A stretch of 64,000 nt of DNA from Eledone cirrhosa (GCA_964016885.1 OZ024754.1:25544001-25608000); one strand, 5' to 3'. Positions 15,626-31,945 are shown, numbered from the stretch's first letter. Translations and numbers: made by a program. Notes: generated by a model not told the origin, from the letters alone.

Positions 15626-16252
15626 ATATATTTATTGATAATAACAACAATTCAAAATTTCAGGTCCGTTTGGGAACAAAATTGACCAATGAAAATACAA
15701 AAGGTTTAATGCAGTTCGGTGTGTGTATATACATGTAACTACCCTTACACATATTTTACAAAAATGTATGCACAACTTGTATACGCATACCAAAAGGATG
15801 GATGCAAATACAAAATTTCAAGGTTAATGTCTCTGTAAGTTTATAATGCACAGATAAGATGCGTATAGACACATAAATATGAAATAAGTGTATACACATA
15901 ATCTCATACTCACACATATCCGTACAATCACACACACACGCGCGTATATGCATAAACATACACATAACTACGAACATACAAACACACACACACCCCCACT
16001 CACATATATATATGTGGATATAAAATCCTAAGCACATGGATATTAATTCACTCACATAAACACTGGCACACACATTTAGATCAAGATACAGAAATTAGGT
16101 GGGAGGGGGGGAGAGGTCAGTATTCAACGGTTTGGGCAGACTGCTTAATATAGATGTATCTATAAACTAAGAAAATAAAAAATAATAAATAATAAATAAA
16201 CATTAAAAAGGAAAGAAAAGAAAAAGAAAAAAGAAAAAAGAAATATATCAAG

Positions 16253-16322
<70 letters not shown>

Positions 16323-16468
16323 CACACATATACACATATATATATATATACACATATACAAACACATACATACATATACACACATCCACACTTAGAACAT
16401 ACATACACACACATATATAAACATATACATATACACACATACATACATATACACACATACATATAAAT

Positions 16469-16535
<67 letters not shown>

Positions 16536-16824
16536 CATACATACACATATAATCACACATACTATATAGACACTCATATATATACATACATACACGCACA
16601 TATACATACACTTACATACTTATATACATACAGATATACACATACATACCTATATATACACACAAATACATACAGACATACATACATACATACAGACAAA
16701 TACTTACGCATCTATATATCGGTATATACATACAAACACCACTACACTCTCACACAACACAGACATACAAAGAAAAAGGTATATACCTATACACATATAC
16801 ATATACAAATAGAGAAACATATAC

Positions 16825-16925
<101 letters not shown>

Positions 16926-17123
16926 CACATATACACACATACACATACATACACATACATACATGTACACACACATAGATATATATACTCATACACACAT
17001 ACACACATACATATATAGTCATACTCACACATACACCTACACGAACATACACATACACATATATAAAGATATATATACACACACACACACACATACACAC
17101 ACACACATATATATAAAAAATAA

Positions 17124-17196
<73 letters not shown>

Positions 17197-17774
17197 CATA
17201 TACATACACCTATACATAGACATATATGTACATACATACACATACATAGATACATACACACACATACATACATATATATATACACACATAGACATATACA
17301 TACATACACACACAACATACATACACACATATATACTCATACATAGAATTAGATATATAATCATACATACATACGCACTTACATATACTCATATATACAA
17401 ATACATACGCATCCATATATGCGTATATACATAGAAACACCACTACACCCTCACCCAACTCAGACATACAAAGAAAAAGGCATATACATATACATATATA
17501 CACGCATTAATAGAGATATATATACACACATATATATATATATATATATACACATACACTTATATATATATATACCCACACACACATACAACCATAAATA
17601 CACATACAAACACCCACATATACATATATATACACATATATATATATACACACACATAAAAAACAGACATGCACATATATATTTTTTTTACACATATATA
17701 TACACATATATATACACATATACACACCCTCACATATACACACATACACATAAGTTATATTATAATAATAAATA

Positions 17775-17829
<55 letters not shown>

Positions 17830-18076
17830 CGAATATAGACATATATACACACATAGATATATACATATATATACACATACATATACACACACACATATAC
17901 ACACTCACATATATATGTGTGTGCACACACACATATATACACATACACACATATACACATAAACACATATATGTGTATACATGCACACACACACATATAT
18001 CCACATAGAAACGAAGATAGACATATAAATAGAGAGACATACATATATATACACGCACACATATACATACATACAT

Positions 18077-18160
<84 letters not shown>

Positions 18161-18830
18161 ACACAAACACATACACATATATATACACATGCATATATAC
18201 ACATATACACATACATACCCACATATATATACACACACAATCTTACATTCTTATTTGCATGCGCATATATGTATTTTTATATTCAGATATAAATACCCAA
18301 ACATATATACACCTACCTACATATATATTCATACATACACGCTTACAAACACAGATGATAATAGTATGGGGGAAAGGGGGGGGTTGGAGAAGGGGATTAT
18401 AGTAAATATATGTTTCAAGAAACATAGAATATTATCCGTATCTGGATCCAATGTATGCTTTTTTACATAGTTTCAGTGTTAGGAAATACAATAAACAAGA
18501 AATAAGGCAAAATTTATGCATTTCAAAATAAATAAGTATACCATTAATTATATGTTAACTAAACTAAAGATAGTTAACATATTGATTTCTAAGGTGTAAA
18601 TTAGTTAGGTTTATAATATTTGAAGCAGAATTTTGAAGTTAAATAGTAGTAGAGTATTAATTATAGTATAACTAAATTAAAGTTAATAACGTTATGGTAT
18701 CAATATTAGGAAATGAATTTAGTAATAGGGAAAAAACAAATAAAGTATTACATCGGTAGTAGAATATAAATTATAGGTTAACTAAATTAAAAATTATATA
18801 TTAATTTCTATAGTATATGTTAATTAGATA

Positions 18831-20639
18831 GATAGAGTCATCCCACAAATAAGAAAACACGTTATTTTACCACTCTGGGAAAACACCTCCCAGGTAATTA
18901 ACTGGTTTAAAAATATTAGATGTAAATCTTCTGCTTCATTTCTACAATTTGATATAGATAATTACTATTCTTCTATATCACCTATACTCCTGAACAAAGC
19001 ATTGATATTTGCTAAAAATAGATCTAACTTAACTTTGGATGACATTAATATTATTACACATGCTAGACTAACACTTATTGAATTTCAGAATGAATACTGG
19101 ACCAGAAACACATATAGTAATCTATTTGATATTACTATGGGTTCAAGCGATTCCGCCCAAATTACTGATCTTGTGGGCCTCTTTCTCCTTTTCAACATAA
19201 ATGCCTCCTTTCCCCACCTCAAAGGTGGTTTATATCGTGATGACTGTCTTCTTCTTTCTAACAACCTTAGCCTTTCAGAAATTGAAAAAAACAAAAAACA
19301 TATTAGAACTTTCCTTAAAGACTATTATAATCTTAATATTACTTTTGAAAAAACAAGTAAAGTAGTAAATTTCCTAGATATAACTTTAGATTTAGCTACG
19401 GGTATCTACCAACCTTACCATAAACCAAACCAAAACTTACATTACATACACTCACAATCTAATCACCCTAAATCTATCCTTAAAAACCTTGCATATAATA
19501 TATCACTTAGAATTTCTAACCTTTCTTCTAACCAAGATGTATTTGATAAAAATGCGACCTTCTATAACGAAGCTCTAGATAGAAGTGGCCACAAAAATAG
19601 ATTAGAATATATACCTTCTACTAAAAATACTGAAAGCATACAACCTAATATTACCAACAAACACCAAATGAAAAGTGCACACCTAAATGCCACCCACACT
19701 ATACCCCAAAATACCAAATCTTCTAATATAAAGTATAGTAACTCTCAAAAAACTACTCATCATACAACTCTAATAAATATTAATAATAAAACTCCTAATA
19801 AAAAGGATAAAACACCTAAATCTACAAATATAACTAAAAATGGTTGTGGTGAGATCATTAACATTAATCCTCCTAGTAAAAATCACGATACAACCTATAA
19901 AAATAATAAAAATAATAAACAACATAGAAACCGTAATAGACGGGTTACTTGGTATAATGCTCCATTTAATTTACAAATTAAGGATAATATTGCTAAAAAA
20001 TTTTTTTATATCCTAGAGAAAAACTTCCAGCCAAACCACAAATACCATCAAATCTTAAATAGGTCTACTGTTAAATTCTCATACTCTACAACAAATAACA
20101 TAAAACAAAATATAAGTGCCTATAATGCATATAAATGTAAGAAAACCATAAGTATACCACCAGTACATCAAATTAACCATAATATCTCCTCAAATACAGA
20201 ATTAACGAAAGGTTGTAACTGTAGAAACAAAGCAAACTGCCCATTAAAAGGGAATTGTCTTGTTAACAACATAGTCTATAAATGTAATGTTAAAACTAAA
20301 GATTCTATTTGCTCATATATAGGAGCTACCTCTAACAATTTTAAGACAAGGTTTAATACCCACAAGCATAGTTTTAAAAATGCCGCACTGGCTAATACAA
20401 CATCTCTAGCAGAAAAAATCAATAGTTATAAAAATAAGAATATAGAATATGATTTGACCTGGAGTGTGCTCAAAAGAGCCACCCCTTATCAAAATAATAG
20501 AAATGAATGTAGATTATGTTCCCAAGAACTATTTGAAATAATGAAATCTAAGGATATCCTATTAAATAAACGACAGGAATTAATTATATCGTGTAATCAT
20601 AAACTAAAAAAAACATTTAAATATTATAAACCTAATTAA
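18831..20639 (+). pseudogene. 5'-truncated PLE RT-GIY-YIG ORF (open frame)
   Basis: Starts DRVIPQIRK; essentially identical to 12694-14500 but retains the Ile in KKHIRTF. Confidence 0.9.
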
Positions 20640-21961
20640 TAACATTATTTTAGAAATTAATTTAATTTAAATGTTAGTTAACCTATAAATTTAATTTAAT
20701 TAAAATTCTATTACAGATGAGAATATAAAATATTATGTAATCATAAATTGTGAAAAAACCTTTAAATATTACTAATATATACTTAGTAATTTAATTTATA
20801 GATTAATTTTAATTTATTTAAACCTTTTATTATAATTCTTTTACAGATAAAATATAACAAAATATCGTGTATCCAATGACAGAGAAATAATTTTTAGTAT
20901 TATAGACCTAATTAATATACATTTTAGAAATATATTTATAATTTGGTTTTAATTTTAGTCAACCTAAAAATTTAATTTAATTGGCTTAAAATTGGTATCC
21001 TTATACAGACGAATTGCAGAATGTCATGTAATCATAGAATGGGATGTGTTTTGGATATATACCTAGTTAATATATTCTTTGCAATTTTTGAAAAAATATG
21101 TATATGTATATGTGTATGTGTATGTGTATGTGTGTGTATATGTGTATATATGTGTATATATATATGTATATATATGTGTATATATATATGTGTATCTATA
21201 TGTATATGTAAATGTATTAATTTTGATTTCTATTTGCATATAATTATATTCTGCTATTGATAAAATACAATATCTGTTTTATTTATTATATACCTAATTA
21301 ACATATACTATAGAAATTAATATATAATTTTTAATTTAGTTAACCTATAATTTATATTCTACTACCGATGTAATACTTTATTTGTTTTTTCCCTATTACT
21401 AAATTCATTTCCTAATATTGATACCATAACGTTATTAACTTTAATTTAGTTATACTATAATTAATACTCTACTACTATTTAACTTCAAAATTCTGCTTCA
21501 AATATTATAAACCTAACTAATTTACACCTTAGAAATCAATATGTTAACTATCTTTAGTTTAGTTAACATATAATTAATGGTATACTTATTTATTTTGAAA
21601 TGCATAAATTTTGCCTTATTTCTTGTTTATTGTATTTCCTAACACTGAAACTATGTAAAAAAGCATACATTGGATCCAGATACGGATAATATTCTATGTT
21701 TCTTGAAACATATATTTACTATAATCCCCTTCTCCAACCCCCCCCCTTTCCCCCATACTATTATCATCTGTGTTTGTAAGCGTGTATGTATGAATATATA
21801 TGTAGGTAGGTGTATATATGTTTGGGTATTTATATCTGAATATAAAAATACATATATGCGCATGCAAATAAGAATGTAAGATTGTGTGTGTATATATATG
21901 TGGGTATGTATGTGTATATGTGTATATATGCATGTGTATATATATGTGTATGTGTTTGTGT

Positions 21962-22003
<42 letters not shown>

Positions 22004-22250
22004 ATGTATGTATGTATATGTGTGCGTGTATATATATGTATGTCTCTCTATTTATATGTCTATCTTCGTTTCTATGTGGATATATGTGTGTGTGTGCATG
22101 TATACACATATATGTGTTTATGTGTATATGTGTGTATGTGTATATATGTGTGTGTGCACACACATATATATGTGAGTGTGTATATGTGTGTGTGTATATG
22201 TATGTGTATATATATGTATATATCTATGTGTGTATATATGTCTATATTCG

Positions 22251-22307
<57 letters not shown>

Positions 22308-22525
22308 TATTTATTATTATAATATAACTTATGTGTATGTGTGTATATGTGAGGGTGTGTATATGTGTATATATATGTGTATATATATGTGTAAAAAAAA
22401 TATATATGTGCATGTCTGTTTTTTATGTGTGTGTATATATATATATGTGTATATATATGTATATGTGGGTGTTTGTATGTGTATTTATGGTTGTATGTGT
22501 GTGTGGGTATATATATATATAAGTG

Positions 22526-22564
<39 letters not shown>

Positions 22565-22891
22565 ATATATATCTCTATTAATGCGTGTATATATGTATAT
22601 GTATATGCCTTTTTCTTTGTATGTCTGAGTTGGGTGAGGGTGTAGTGGTGTTTCTATGTATATACGCATATATGGATGCGTATGTATTTGTATATATGAG
22701 TATATGTAAGTGCGTATGTATGTATGATTATATATCTAATTCTATGTATGAGTATATATGTGTGTATGTATGTTATGTGTGTATGTATGTATATGTCTAT
22801 GTGTGTATATATATATGTATGTATGTGTGTGTATGTATCTATGTATGTGTATGTATGTACATATATGTCTATGTATAGGTGTATGTATATG

Positions 22892-22970
<79 letters not shown>

Positions 22971-23162
22971 TTATTTTTTATATATATGTGTGTGTGTGTA
23001 TGTGTGTGTGTGTGTGTATATATATCTTTATATATGTGTATGTGTATGTTCGTGTAGGTGTATGTGTGTGTATGACTATATATGTATGTGTGTATGTGTG
23101 TATATATATCTATGTGTGTGTACATGTATGTATGTGTATGTATGTGTATGTGTGTATATGTG

Positions 23163-23198
<36 letters not shown>

Positions 23199-23523
23199 AT
23201 ATATATATATGTGTATATATATATATATATATATGTATATGTTTCTCTATTTGTATATGTATATGTGTATAGGTATATACCTTTTTCTTTGTATGTCTGT
23301 GTTGTGTGAGAGTGTAGTGGTGTTTGTATGTATATACCGATATATAGATGCGTAAGTATTTGTCTGTATGTATGTATGTATGTCTGTATGTATTTGTGTG
23401 TATATATAGGTATGTATGTGTATATCTGTATGTATATAAGTATGTAAGTGTATGTATATGTGCGTGTATGTATGTATATATATTGTGGTCTATATAGTAT
23501 GTGTGATTATATGTGTATGTATG

Positions 23524-23597
<74 letters not shown>

Positions 23598-23747
23598 ATT
23601 TATATGTATGTGTGTATATGTATGTATGTGTGTATATGTATATGTTTATATATGTGTGTGTATGTATGTTCTAAGTGTGGATGTGTGTATATGTATGTAT
23701 GTATTTGTATATGTGTATATATATATATATGTGTATATGTGTGTATG

Positions 23748-23794
<47 letters not shown>

Positions 23795-24436
23795 TATATA
23801 TATATATTTTCTTGATATATTTCTTTTTCTTTTTTCTTTTCTTTCTTTCCTTTTTAATGTTTATTTATATTTATTATTTTTATTTTCTTAGTTTATAGAT
23901 ACATCTATATTAAGCAGTCTGCCCAAACCGTTGAATACTGACCTCTCCCCCCCCCTCCCACCCTAATTTCTGTATCTTGATCTAAATGTGTGTGCCAGTG
24001 TTTATGTGAGTGAATTAATATCCATGTGCTTAGGATTTTATATCCACATATATATATGTGAGTGGGGGTGTGTGTGTGTTTGTATGTTCGTAGTTATGTG
24101 TATGTTTATGCATATACGCGCGTGTGTGTGTGATTGTACGGATATATGTGAGTATGAGATTATGTGTATACACTTATTTCAATTTTATGTGTCTATACGC
24201 ATCTTATCTGTGCATTATAAACTTACAGAGACATTAACCTTGAAATTTTGTATTTGCATCCATCCTTTTGGTATGCGTATACAAGTTGTGCATACATTTT
24301 TTGTAAAATATGTGTAAGGGTAGTTACATGTATATACACACACCGAACTGCATTAAACCTTTTGTATTTTCATTGGTCAATTTTGTTCCCAAACGGACCT
24401 GAAATTTTGAATTGTTGTTATTATCAATAAATATAT

Positions 24437-24592
24437 TTCATTATTTCTGAAGACGGCTTATATATGTGTTGGTATGTATATTTAATCTTGATAGTTTGTA
24501 TAAATTTTGTAATAATTTTGTACATAGATCTGTTGAATATGCATGCCAATTCTAACACATATATATCCTAGAAACGATCGTTAAATAATGAA
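24437..24592 (+). ncRNA. Hammerhead ribozyme with 117-nt stem II (family F)
   Basis: TTCATTATTT-CTGAAGA-[..tatatatgtgttgg...ctaacacatatata..]-GAAA-CGATCG-TT-AAATAATGAA; perfect 10-bp stem I. Confidence 0.82.
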
Positions 24593-24785
24593 CTTTTTTT
24601 GTTTAATATAAGGAACTGTTTCATTGTTTATTCATTATTTGTTTAATATTTTATCTTGACTCTGTATACCGTTTATCTTTCACCGAAAGTGATTTTTCAT
24701 TACATCTCTTCTTTCCATGATATCCGGAATACATTGAGTTCTTCATACGGATTGGACACTACCGTAAACTCTTGGTAGATTTATC

Positions 24786-24939
<154 letters not shown>

Positions 24940-24993
24940 CGTTTCTGAATTTGTTTAGCAAGATTCTTTATCTGAAATAGTGTGTTCAAACCG

Positions 24994-25163
24994 ATATTGT
25001 TATACTTTGGGAGGATCATGTTGCCAATAAGAAACACACGCACCAGTTGCTTTCATTTCAATTTATTATAATAATTTATAAATTTCTTATAATAAATTGA
25101 AGTGAAAGCAACTGGTGCGTGTGTTTCTTATTGGCAACATGACACTCCCAAAGTATAACAATA
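24994..25163. repeat. Imperfect palindrome, ~85-bp arms
   Basis: atattgttatactttgggag...ctcccaaagtataacaatat; mirror ORFs 24759-/25115+. Confidence 0.85.
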
Positions 25164-25424
25164 TATATATATGTATATATATATATATTTACACATATAT
25201 ATATATATATATACATATATATACACACAAACATATATATATATATACATATATATACATATATATACACACACACATATATATATATATACGTATATAT
25301 ATACATATATATATATATACACATTATATTATACTTTATAACTATATATATATATATAATAGTATATAAATATATTATATATATATCATATATATATAAT
25401 ATATATTATATATATATATATATT

Positions 25425-25475
<51 letters not shown>

Positions 25476-25644
25476 CATATATATATATATATGTATATAT
25501 GTATATATATATATGTATATGTATATATGTATATATATATATATATGTATATATATATGTATAAAGTATATATATGTGTATATATATATATGTAGTATAT
25601 ATATATATGTGTGTGTGTATATATATGTATATATATATATATAT

Positions 25645-25689
<45 letters not shown>

Positions 25690-25785
25690 TGTGTGTATAT
25701 ATATATGTATATATATGTATATATATATATGTATATATATGTATATATATATATTACTATATATATATATATGTATATATATAAT

Positions 25786-25831
<46 letters not shown>

Positions 25832-25844
25832 ATATATATATATA

Positions 25845-25911
<67 letters not shown>

Positions 25912-25925
25912 ATATATATATAATG

Positions 25926-26000
<75 letters not shown>

Positions 26001-26009
26001 TATAATATA

Positions 26010-26051
<42 letters not shown>

Positions 26052-26073
26052 TATGTGTATATATATATATATG

Positions 26074-26121
<48 letters not shown>

Positions 26122-26166
26122 ATATATGTATATATATATATGTATATATATATATGTATATATATA
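25164..26166. repeat. (TA)n-rich microsatellite mosaic
   Basis: Direct reading. Confidence 0.9.
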
Positions 26167-26386
26167 TACATTAAAATATATGATAAACACGAAACGTGTT
26201 TACATTGCAACAGACAAAGTTAGCTATTAATGAAATAAATATTGGCCGTTGCCAATATAAGCTTGTCTTTATTGACTTATATCGAGACAGACAATTTGTA
26301 TTCACTTTAATTAGTTTATTTCATTAATAGCTAACTTTGTCTGTTGCAATGTAACACGTTTCGTGTTTATCATATATTTTAATGTA
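26167..26386. repeat. Inverted repeat, ~72-bp arms with ~75-bp spacer
   Basis: tacattaaaatatatgataaacacgaaacgtg... and ...cacgtttcgtgtttatcatatattttaatgta. Confidence 0.85.
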
Positions 26387-26465
26387 TTTAACTGCTCGGA
26401 AAAGCCCCTTTCCCTGGAGCTTATTATTGTAAACGACTGAGAGTTTATTCTCAAAATATAATATA

Positions 26466-26505
<40 letters not shown>

Positions 26506-27372
26506 CAAACCACCCCCAAAAACATCACTGATAACCTAGTAAAAAGCGTCTCTATTAGAATATCTGGCCTCTCCGCCAACAAAGATATTTTTATGCATCT
26601 GCCTCCTACTACAATGATGCCCTAGCCCGTAGCGGATTTAAAGAATAAGATAACTTACCTAGAAACCCACCGCAAGATTGCAGAGGTGGAATAGACATAG
26701 GCAGATTAGCTGGTACAACCCCCCCTTCAATAGAGAGGTATCTACTCCGATAGCTAGGATTTCTTCACTTTACTGAAATTACACTTCCCCATACAACATA
26801 GGTACTACACCATCTTTAATAAGAACACTATAAGACTGTCTTACTCCACCACACCTAGCTAGGAATATAGCCAACCACAATTCTAAACCAAATAAGCCAA
26901 CCACCTCCGAAACCAATCCCCGGACTGGGGCTCTATGTAATTGCCTAAATAAGGAAGCATGCCCACTTGATAACAATATGCCTCACAAATGACATCGTAT
27001 TACAAATGCGATGTCATCTCAGGCACCGAGGATTGCAAAAAAAACTACATCGGCATGACCTCCAACAACTTTAAGACCCGTTGGTATGCCCATTACCACT
27101 CCTTCAGAAGACCGGATAAATCAAATCAGACAACACTCGCCTCTACGTTTGGGGACCTCAAAAGGAACTCCACCCCCTTCACGCTTAATTGGAAAATACT
27201 CCAGAAAGCGCGCTCTTACAACGGAGGACACAAGGGCTGCGACCTTTGTATTTTCAGAGAGCTACGAAATTTTATTCGCCAAGGGCCCGCTACTGAACAA
27301 ACTCTCTGCACACTGCCCCGAACTGCATGCACAAGAACTTTGCAACATTCAAACACTTTAAGCCAGTGTTAA
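26506..27372 (+). pseudogene. Decayed PLE fragment (RT thumb, linker, GIY-YIG)
   Basis: SNHPQN, YYNDALARSG, WYNPPF, CNCLNKEACPL, NYIGMT, FKTRW, CDLC, split by frameshifts. Confidence 0.85.
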
Positions 27373-27539
27373 AGACCCGATGGCTAAAACGACCTCCCCT
27401 ATTGGCCCTATACCTCCTCCCCACCCTACCCCACCCCTCCTCAACCTGAAATACGGCCACTATGGTTATGTGAGTACCTCTTTCGTATCTACATTTCTGC
27501 CTGTAGAGGTGTCTTTATGTGCCTGCGTATATGCGTATA

Positions 27540-27834
27540 TTTATTGAGTACCTATTTACTTGTATGTGTATATATTTGTTTGTATGTGTGTATATGTATG
27601 TGTGTGTGTATATATATTATATATATGTATATATATTATGTTTGTGTGTATATGTGTTTTATGTGTGTATATTTATGTATGTATATGTATGTGTATATAT
27701 ATTGTGTATATATATGTATATATATATATGTGTATATATGTGTATGTATGTATGTATGTTGTATGTATGTTATGTATATGTGTGTGTATGAATATGTATG
27801 TGTATGTGTATATGTGTATATATATGTGTATGTG

Positions 27835-27879
<45 letters not shown>

Positions 27880-27985
27880 GTATATATATATATATGTATA
27901 TATGTATATGTATGTATGCGTGTATATGTGTGTATATATATGTATATTTATGTATGTGTGTGTGTGTATGTATGTATGTGTGTGC

Positions 27986-28029
<44 letters not shown>

Positions 28030-28055
28030 TATATATAGTTGTGTGGGCAGGTGTG

Positions 28056-28086
<31 letters not shown>

Positions 28087-28202
28087 ATTTGTGTATATAT
28101 ATATATATATATATGTATGTATATATATATATATGTGTGTGTGTGTATTTGTGTATATATATATATATATATATGTATGTATATATATATATATATATAT
28201 AC

Positions 28203-28233
<31 letters not shown>

Positions 28234-28352
28234 GTATGTATATATATATATATATATGTGTGTGTGTATGTGTGTATATATGTGTATATATATGTATATA
28301 TATGTGTCTGTGTATATGTATGTGTGTATGTATGTATATGTGTGTATGTATA

Positions 28353-28391
<39 letters not shown>

Positions 28392-28462
28392 GTATGTATA
28401 TGTGTGTATATATATATATATATGTGTATGTATGTGTGTGTATGTATATGTATGTATATATG

Positions 28463-28543
<81 letters not shown>

Positions 28544-28603
28544 CGTGAGAGAGAGAGTGTGTATATATATTTGTGTGTGTGTGTGTATGTGTGTATGCGC
28601 GTG

Positions 28604-28680
<77 letters not shown>

Positions 28681-28702
28681 ATAGATATTTATACATATGC
28701 AT

Positions 28703-28742
<40 letters not shown>

Positions 28743-28819
28743 GTGTATATATATGTGTGTGCGTGTATATATATGTGTGTGTATTTGTATGTGTGTGTAT
28801 ATATATATATATATATATG

Positions 28820-28900
<81 letters not shown>
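27540..28900. repeat. (TA)/(TG) microsatellite mosaic
   Basis: Direct reading. Confidence 0.9.
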
Positions 28901-28902
<2 letters not shown>

Positions 28903-28931
28903 ATTATGTAATAAACAACATAAGGCAATTA

Positions 28932-28991
28932 TTCCATTTACCAGTGGTTTCTTAAAAGCAAAAGGTTTTGCTTTCAATCCTCAGAATGAAA
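28932..28991 (-). ncRNA. Hammerhead ribozyme (family G)
   Basis: Reverse complement of 31886-31945. Confidence 0.85.
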
Positions 28992-29186
28992 AATCCTGGT
29001 TTGTTTATTGAATATGGATTCTAAAAACAAAAATGCAATCTATATGAAAGTGAGGCTGGAAAAGGGAGAAGGAAAGGAAAAATAAAATTAAATAAAACTA
29101 CACATGCAAACATACACAAAAAAACACAAAAGCATACTTACACACACACACATATATACACATATAATTTGCACGCACACACATAT

Positions 29187-29254
<68 letters not shown>

Positions 29255-29313
29255 AGCGTACACCTACACACACATACACATATATACACACATATACACA
29301 TACATATATTCAT

Positions 29314-29364
<51 letters not shown>

Positions 29365-29378
29365 CACATGTACATATC

Positions 29379-29416
<38 letters not shown>

Positions 29417-29861
29417 CACATACACACACATATACATACACACACACACACACACACACATGTGTGTGTACAAGCCTACACATACACACACACATATATA
29501 TACACACACATATACATACATTCACACAAACATACAACGTACATACATACACATACATGAATGCACTCCACTACATATTAACACACGCAAATAAATATAA
29601 GAAAAAAATATATATAAATAATATTAACAAATATTTGACAGCGATACATGCCCCAGCTAACAGGACAGACACGCGTGGTAAGTAATACACACATAAGCAC
29701 ATATACATACGTTCGAAATAGTAAACACATACACACACTCTCACACATAAATATACATATACAAATACATAAACACGTACATACACATACATACGCAAAC
29801 ACGTACACGTATACAATATAAACACACACATGTATATGTAATTATATACACACACACACAC

Positions 29862-29904
<43 letters not shown>

Positions 29905-30143
29905 CAAAAATATAAAAATATAAACGCACACACACATATACATACATAGCTAAACAATTATACACATGCAAATACGTATATATCAAAAGAACGCACAACC
30001 AAATACAAACACACACACATATATACACACACACACAAACCCACACATACATAAAAATAAATAAAAACACACGCAACATATACATACATACACATACATA
30101 TACATATATACATACATACATATACATATACATATATACACAC

Positions 30144-30176
<33 letters not shown>

Positions 30177-30317
30177 CACACATACACGTACACATACACA
30201 CATGCATACACATACACACACACATATACATGTGTGTATGTGTAAAGCTCAGTATTAGATAAGACAAATGAACCTTACATAAACGTATATATAGTAGTAA
30301 AGTAATAAAGCCATACA

Positions 30318-30377
30318 ATCCATTCACCAGAGGTTTCTTAAAAGCAAAAAAAGTTTCCTTCAATCTTCAGAATGAAA
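30318..30377 (-). ncRNA. Diverged hammerhead (family G) with GUG at the cleavage triplet
   Basis: ttcatt-CTGAAGA-ttgaaggaaactttttttgcttttaa-GAAA-CCTCTGG-TG-aatgga. Confidence 0.6.
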
Positions 30378-30452
30378 AAAAGCCCTGGTTTATCCACATA
30401 TACATACATATACACACACAAATATACAAATATATACACACATACAGACACG

Positions 30453-30514
<62 letters not shown>

Positions 30515-30830
30515 TATATATATATATATACAGACATATATACATACACATATATACACATACATACATATATATACATACATACATACACATATATATA
30601 CATACACAAACATATACGTACACATATACATATATACACACACAAATACATACACATACACATAGGTATGTGAAGGGCAAAACAAAAAGAATATATGGGG
30701 GGAGGGCTAAGAGGAGGTAAAAATATAAGGGGAGGTAAGGGAGAAAATTTTTTTTTTAAAAATACAAGAGTACAGAAGGTAGAAGCAGCAAAATAAAAGC
30801 CGTAGCAAAAGTAAAGAGCAGAGAAGGAGT

Positions 30831-31495
30831 TCAAGGCGGTTGATTTATCGTAGGAGTGTCAATCCAGTTACAGATCAGATGCGATTTCAGATGAGGACAG
30901 CATCCGAAGATCTCAGTCTTAGAGTTAAGGCAAGCGGAAGTGTCTCTCAAGTTTAGCAAAATCCTATACTTTTCTGTGGTACACAAAGAACAATTCTTTG
31001 TGCCCCTTTGGTACTCCCTCGAATGGTCTAATATAGACCAATCAATAGAGTACGGGATATTACTATCCTTGAGATCCCATACCTTACTTGCGAGGGCCGT
31101 TGATGTTCGTTTATCTGAGTGTTTAAAAGAAGCGACATGTGAGTAAAATCTGGTTTTAAACCTGTCCTGGGTCATACCGACATATCGCTCGCTTCTGGCT
31201 GGCTGGTTGTTGATAACTGGCGTTATTTTAGCCTCATAAACGACAGATTTTGTGTTACATTTACCCTGCAATGGGCATTCATCCGGCTTCCTGCAACTGC
31301 ATCCTGGATTTATCCTCGTACGGTTTGAACTGGTGATTTTGGATTTCATGGATGGACAACAAGAGTAGCTGATCTTAACTACATTCCTATTAAAAATCTT
31401 ATAATATCTATGAATAGGAGGAACATGTTTGTCTAATAGTTCAAGGAATTTCCTTCCTACATTAGTTTTGACATTTAGAGAGAAGGGGGGTGTGA
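30831..31495 (-). pseudogene. PLE linker + GIY-YIG endonuclease
   Basis: FTPPFS, KISYSC, CSCRKPDECPLQGKC, VVY-YVG, CSLCTTE, LNSKTE, CPH. Confidence 0.9.
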
Positions 31496-31536
31496 ACATA
31501 TATATATATATATATATGTATGGATATGTACATGTG

Positions 31537-31579
<43 letters not shown>

Positions 31580-31638
31580 ATGAATATATGTATGTGTATA
31601 TGTGTGTATATATGTGTATGTGTGTGTAGGTGTACGCT

Positions 31639-31684
<46 letters not shown>

Positions 31685-31885
31685 ATGTGTATATGTGTGT
31701 GCGTGCAAATTATATGTGTATATATGTGTGTGTGTGTAAGTATGCTTTTGTGTTTTTTTGTGTGTGTTTGCATGTGTAGTTTTATTTTATTTTATTTTTC
31801 CTTTCCTTCTCCCTTTTTCAGCCTCACTTTCATATAGATTGCATTTTTGTTTTTAGAATCCATATTCAATAAACAAACCAGGATT

Positions 31886-31945
31886 TTTCATTCTGAGGAT
31901 TGAAAGCAAAACCTTTTGCTTTTAAGAAACCACTGGTAAATGGAA
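31886..31945 (+). ncRNA. Hammerhead ribozyme (family G)
   Basis: TTTCATT-CTGAGGA-TTGAAAGCAAAA cc TTTTGCTTTTAA-GAAA-CCACTGG-TA-AATGGAA. Confidence 0.85.

Noticed and set aside
23440-24520. Accelerated divergence of the third family-F pLTR
   Set aside because: Differences are largely homopolymer or microsatellite indels and may be sequencing consensus errors.
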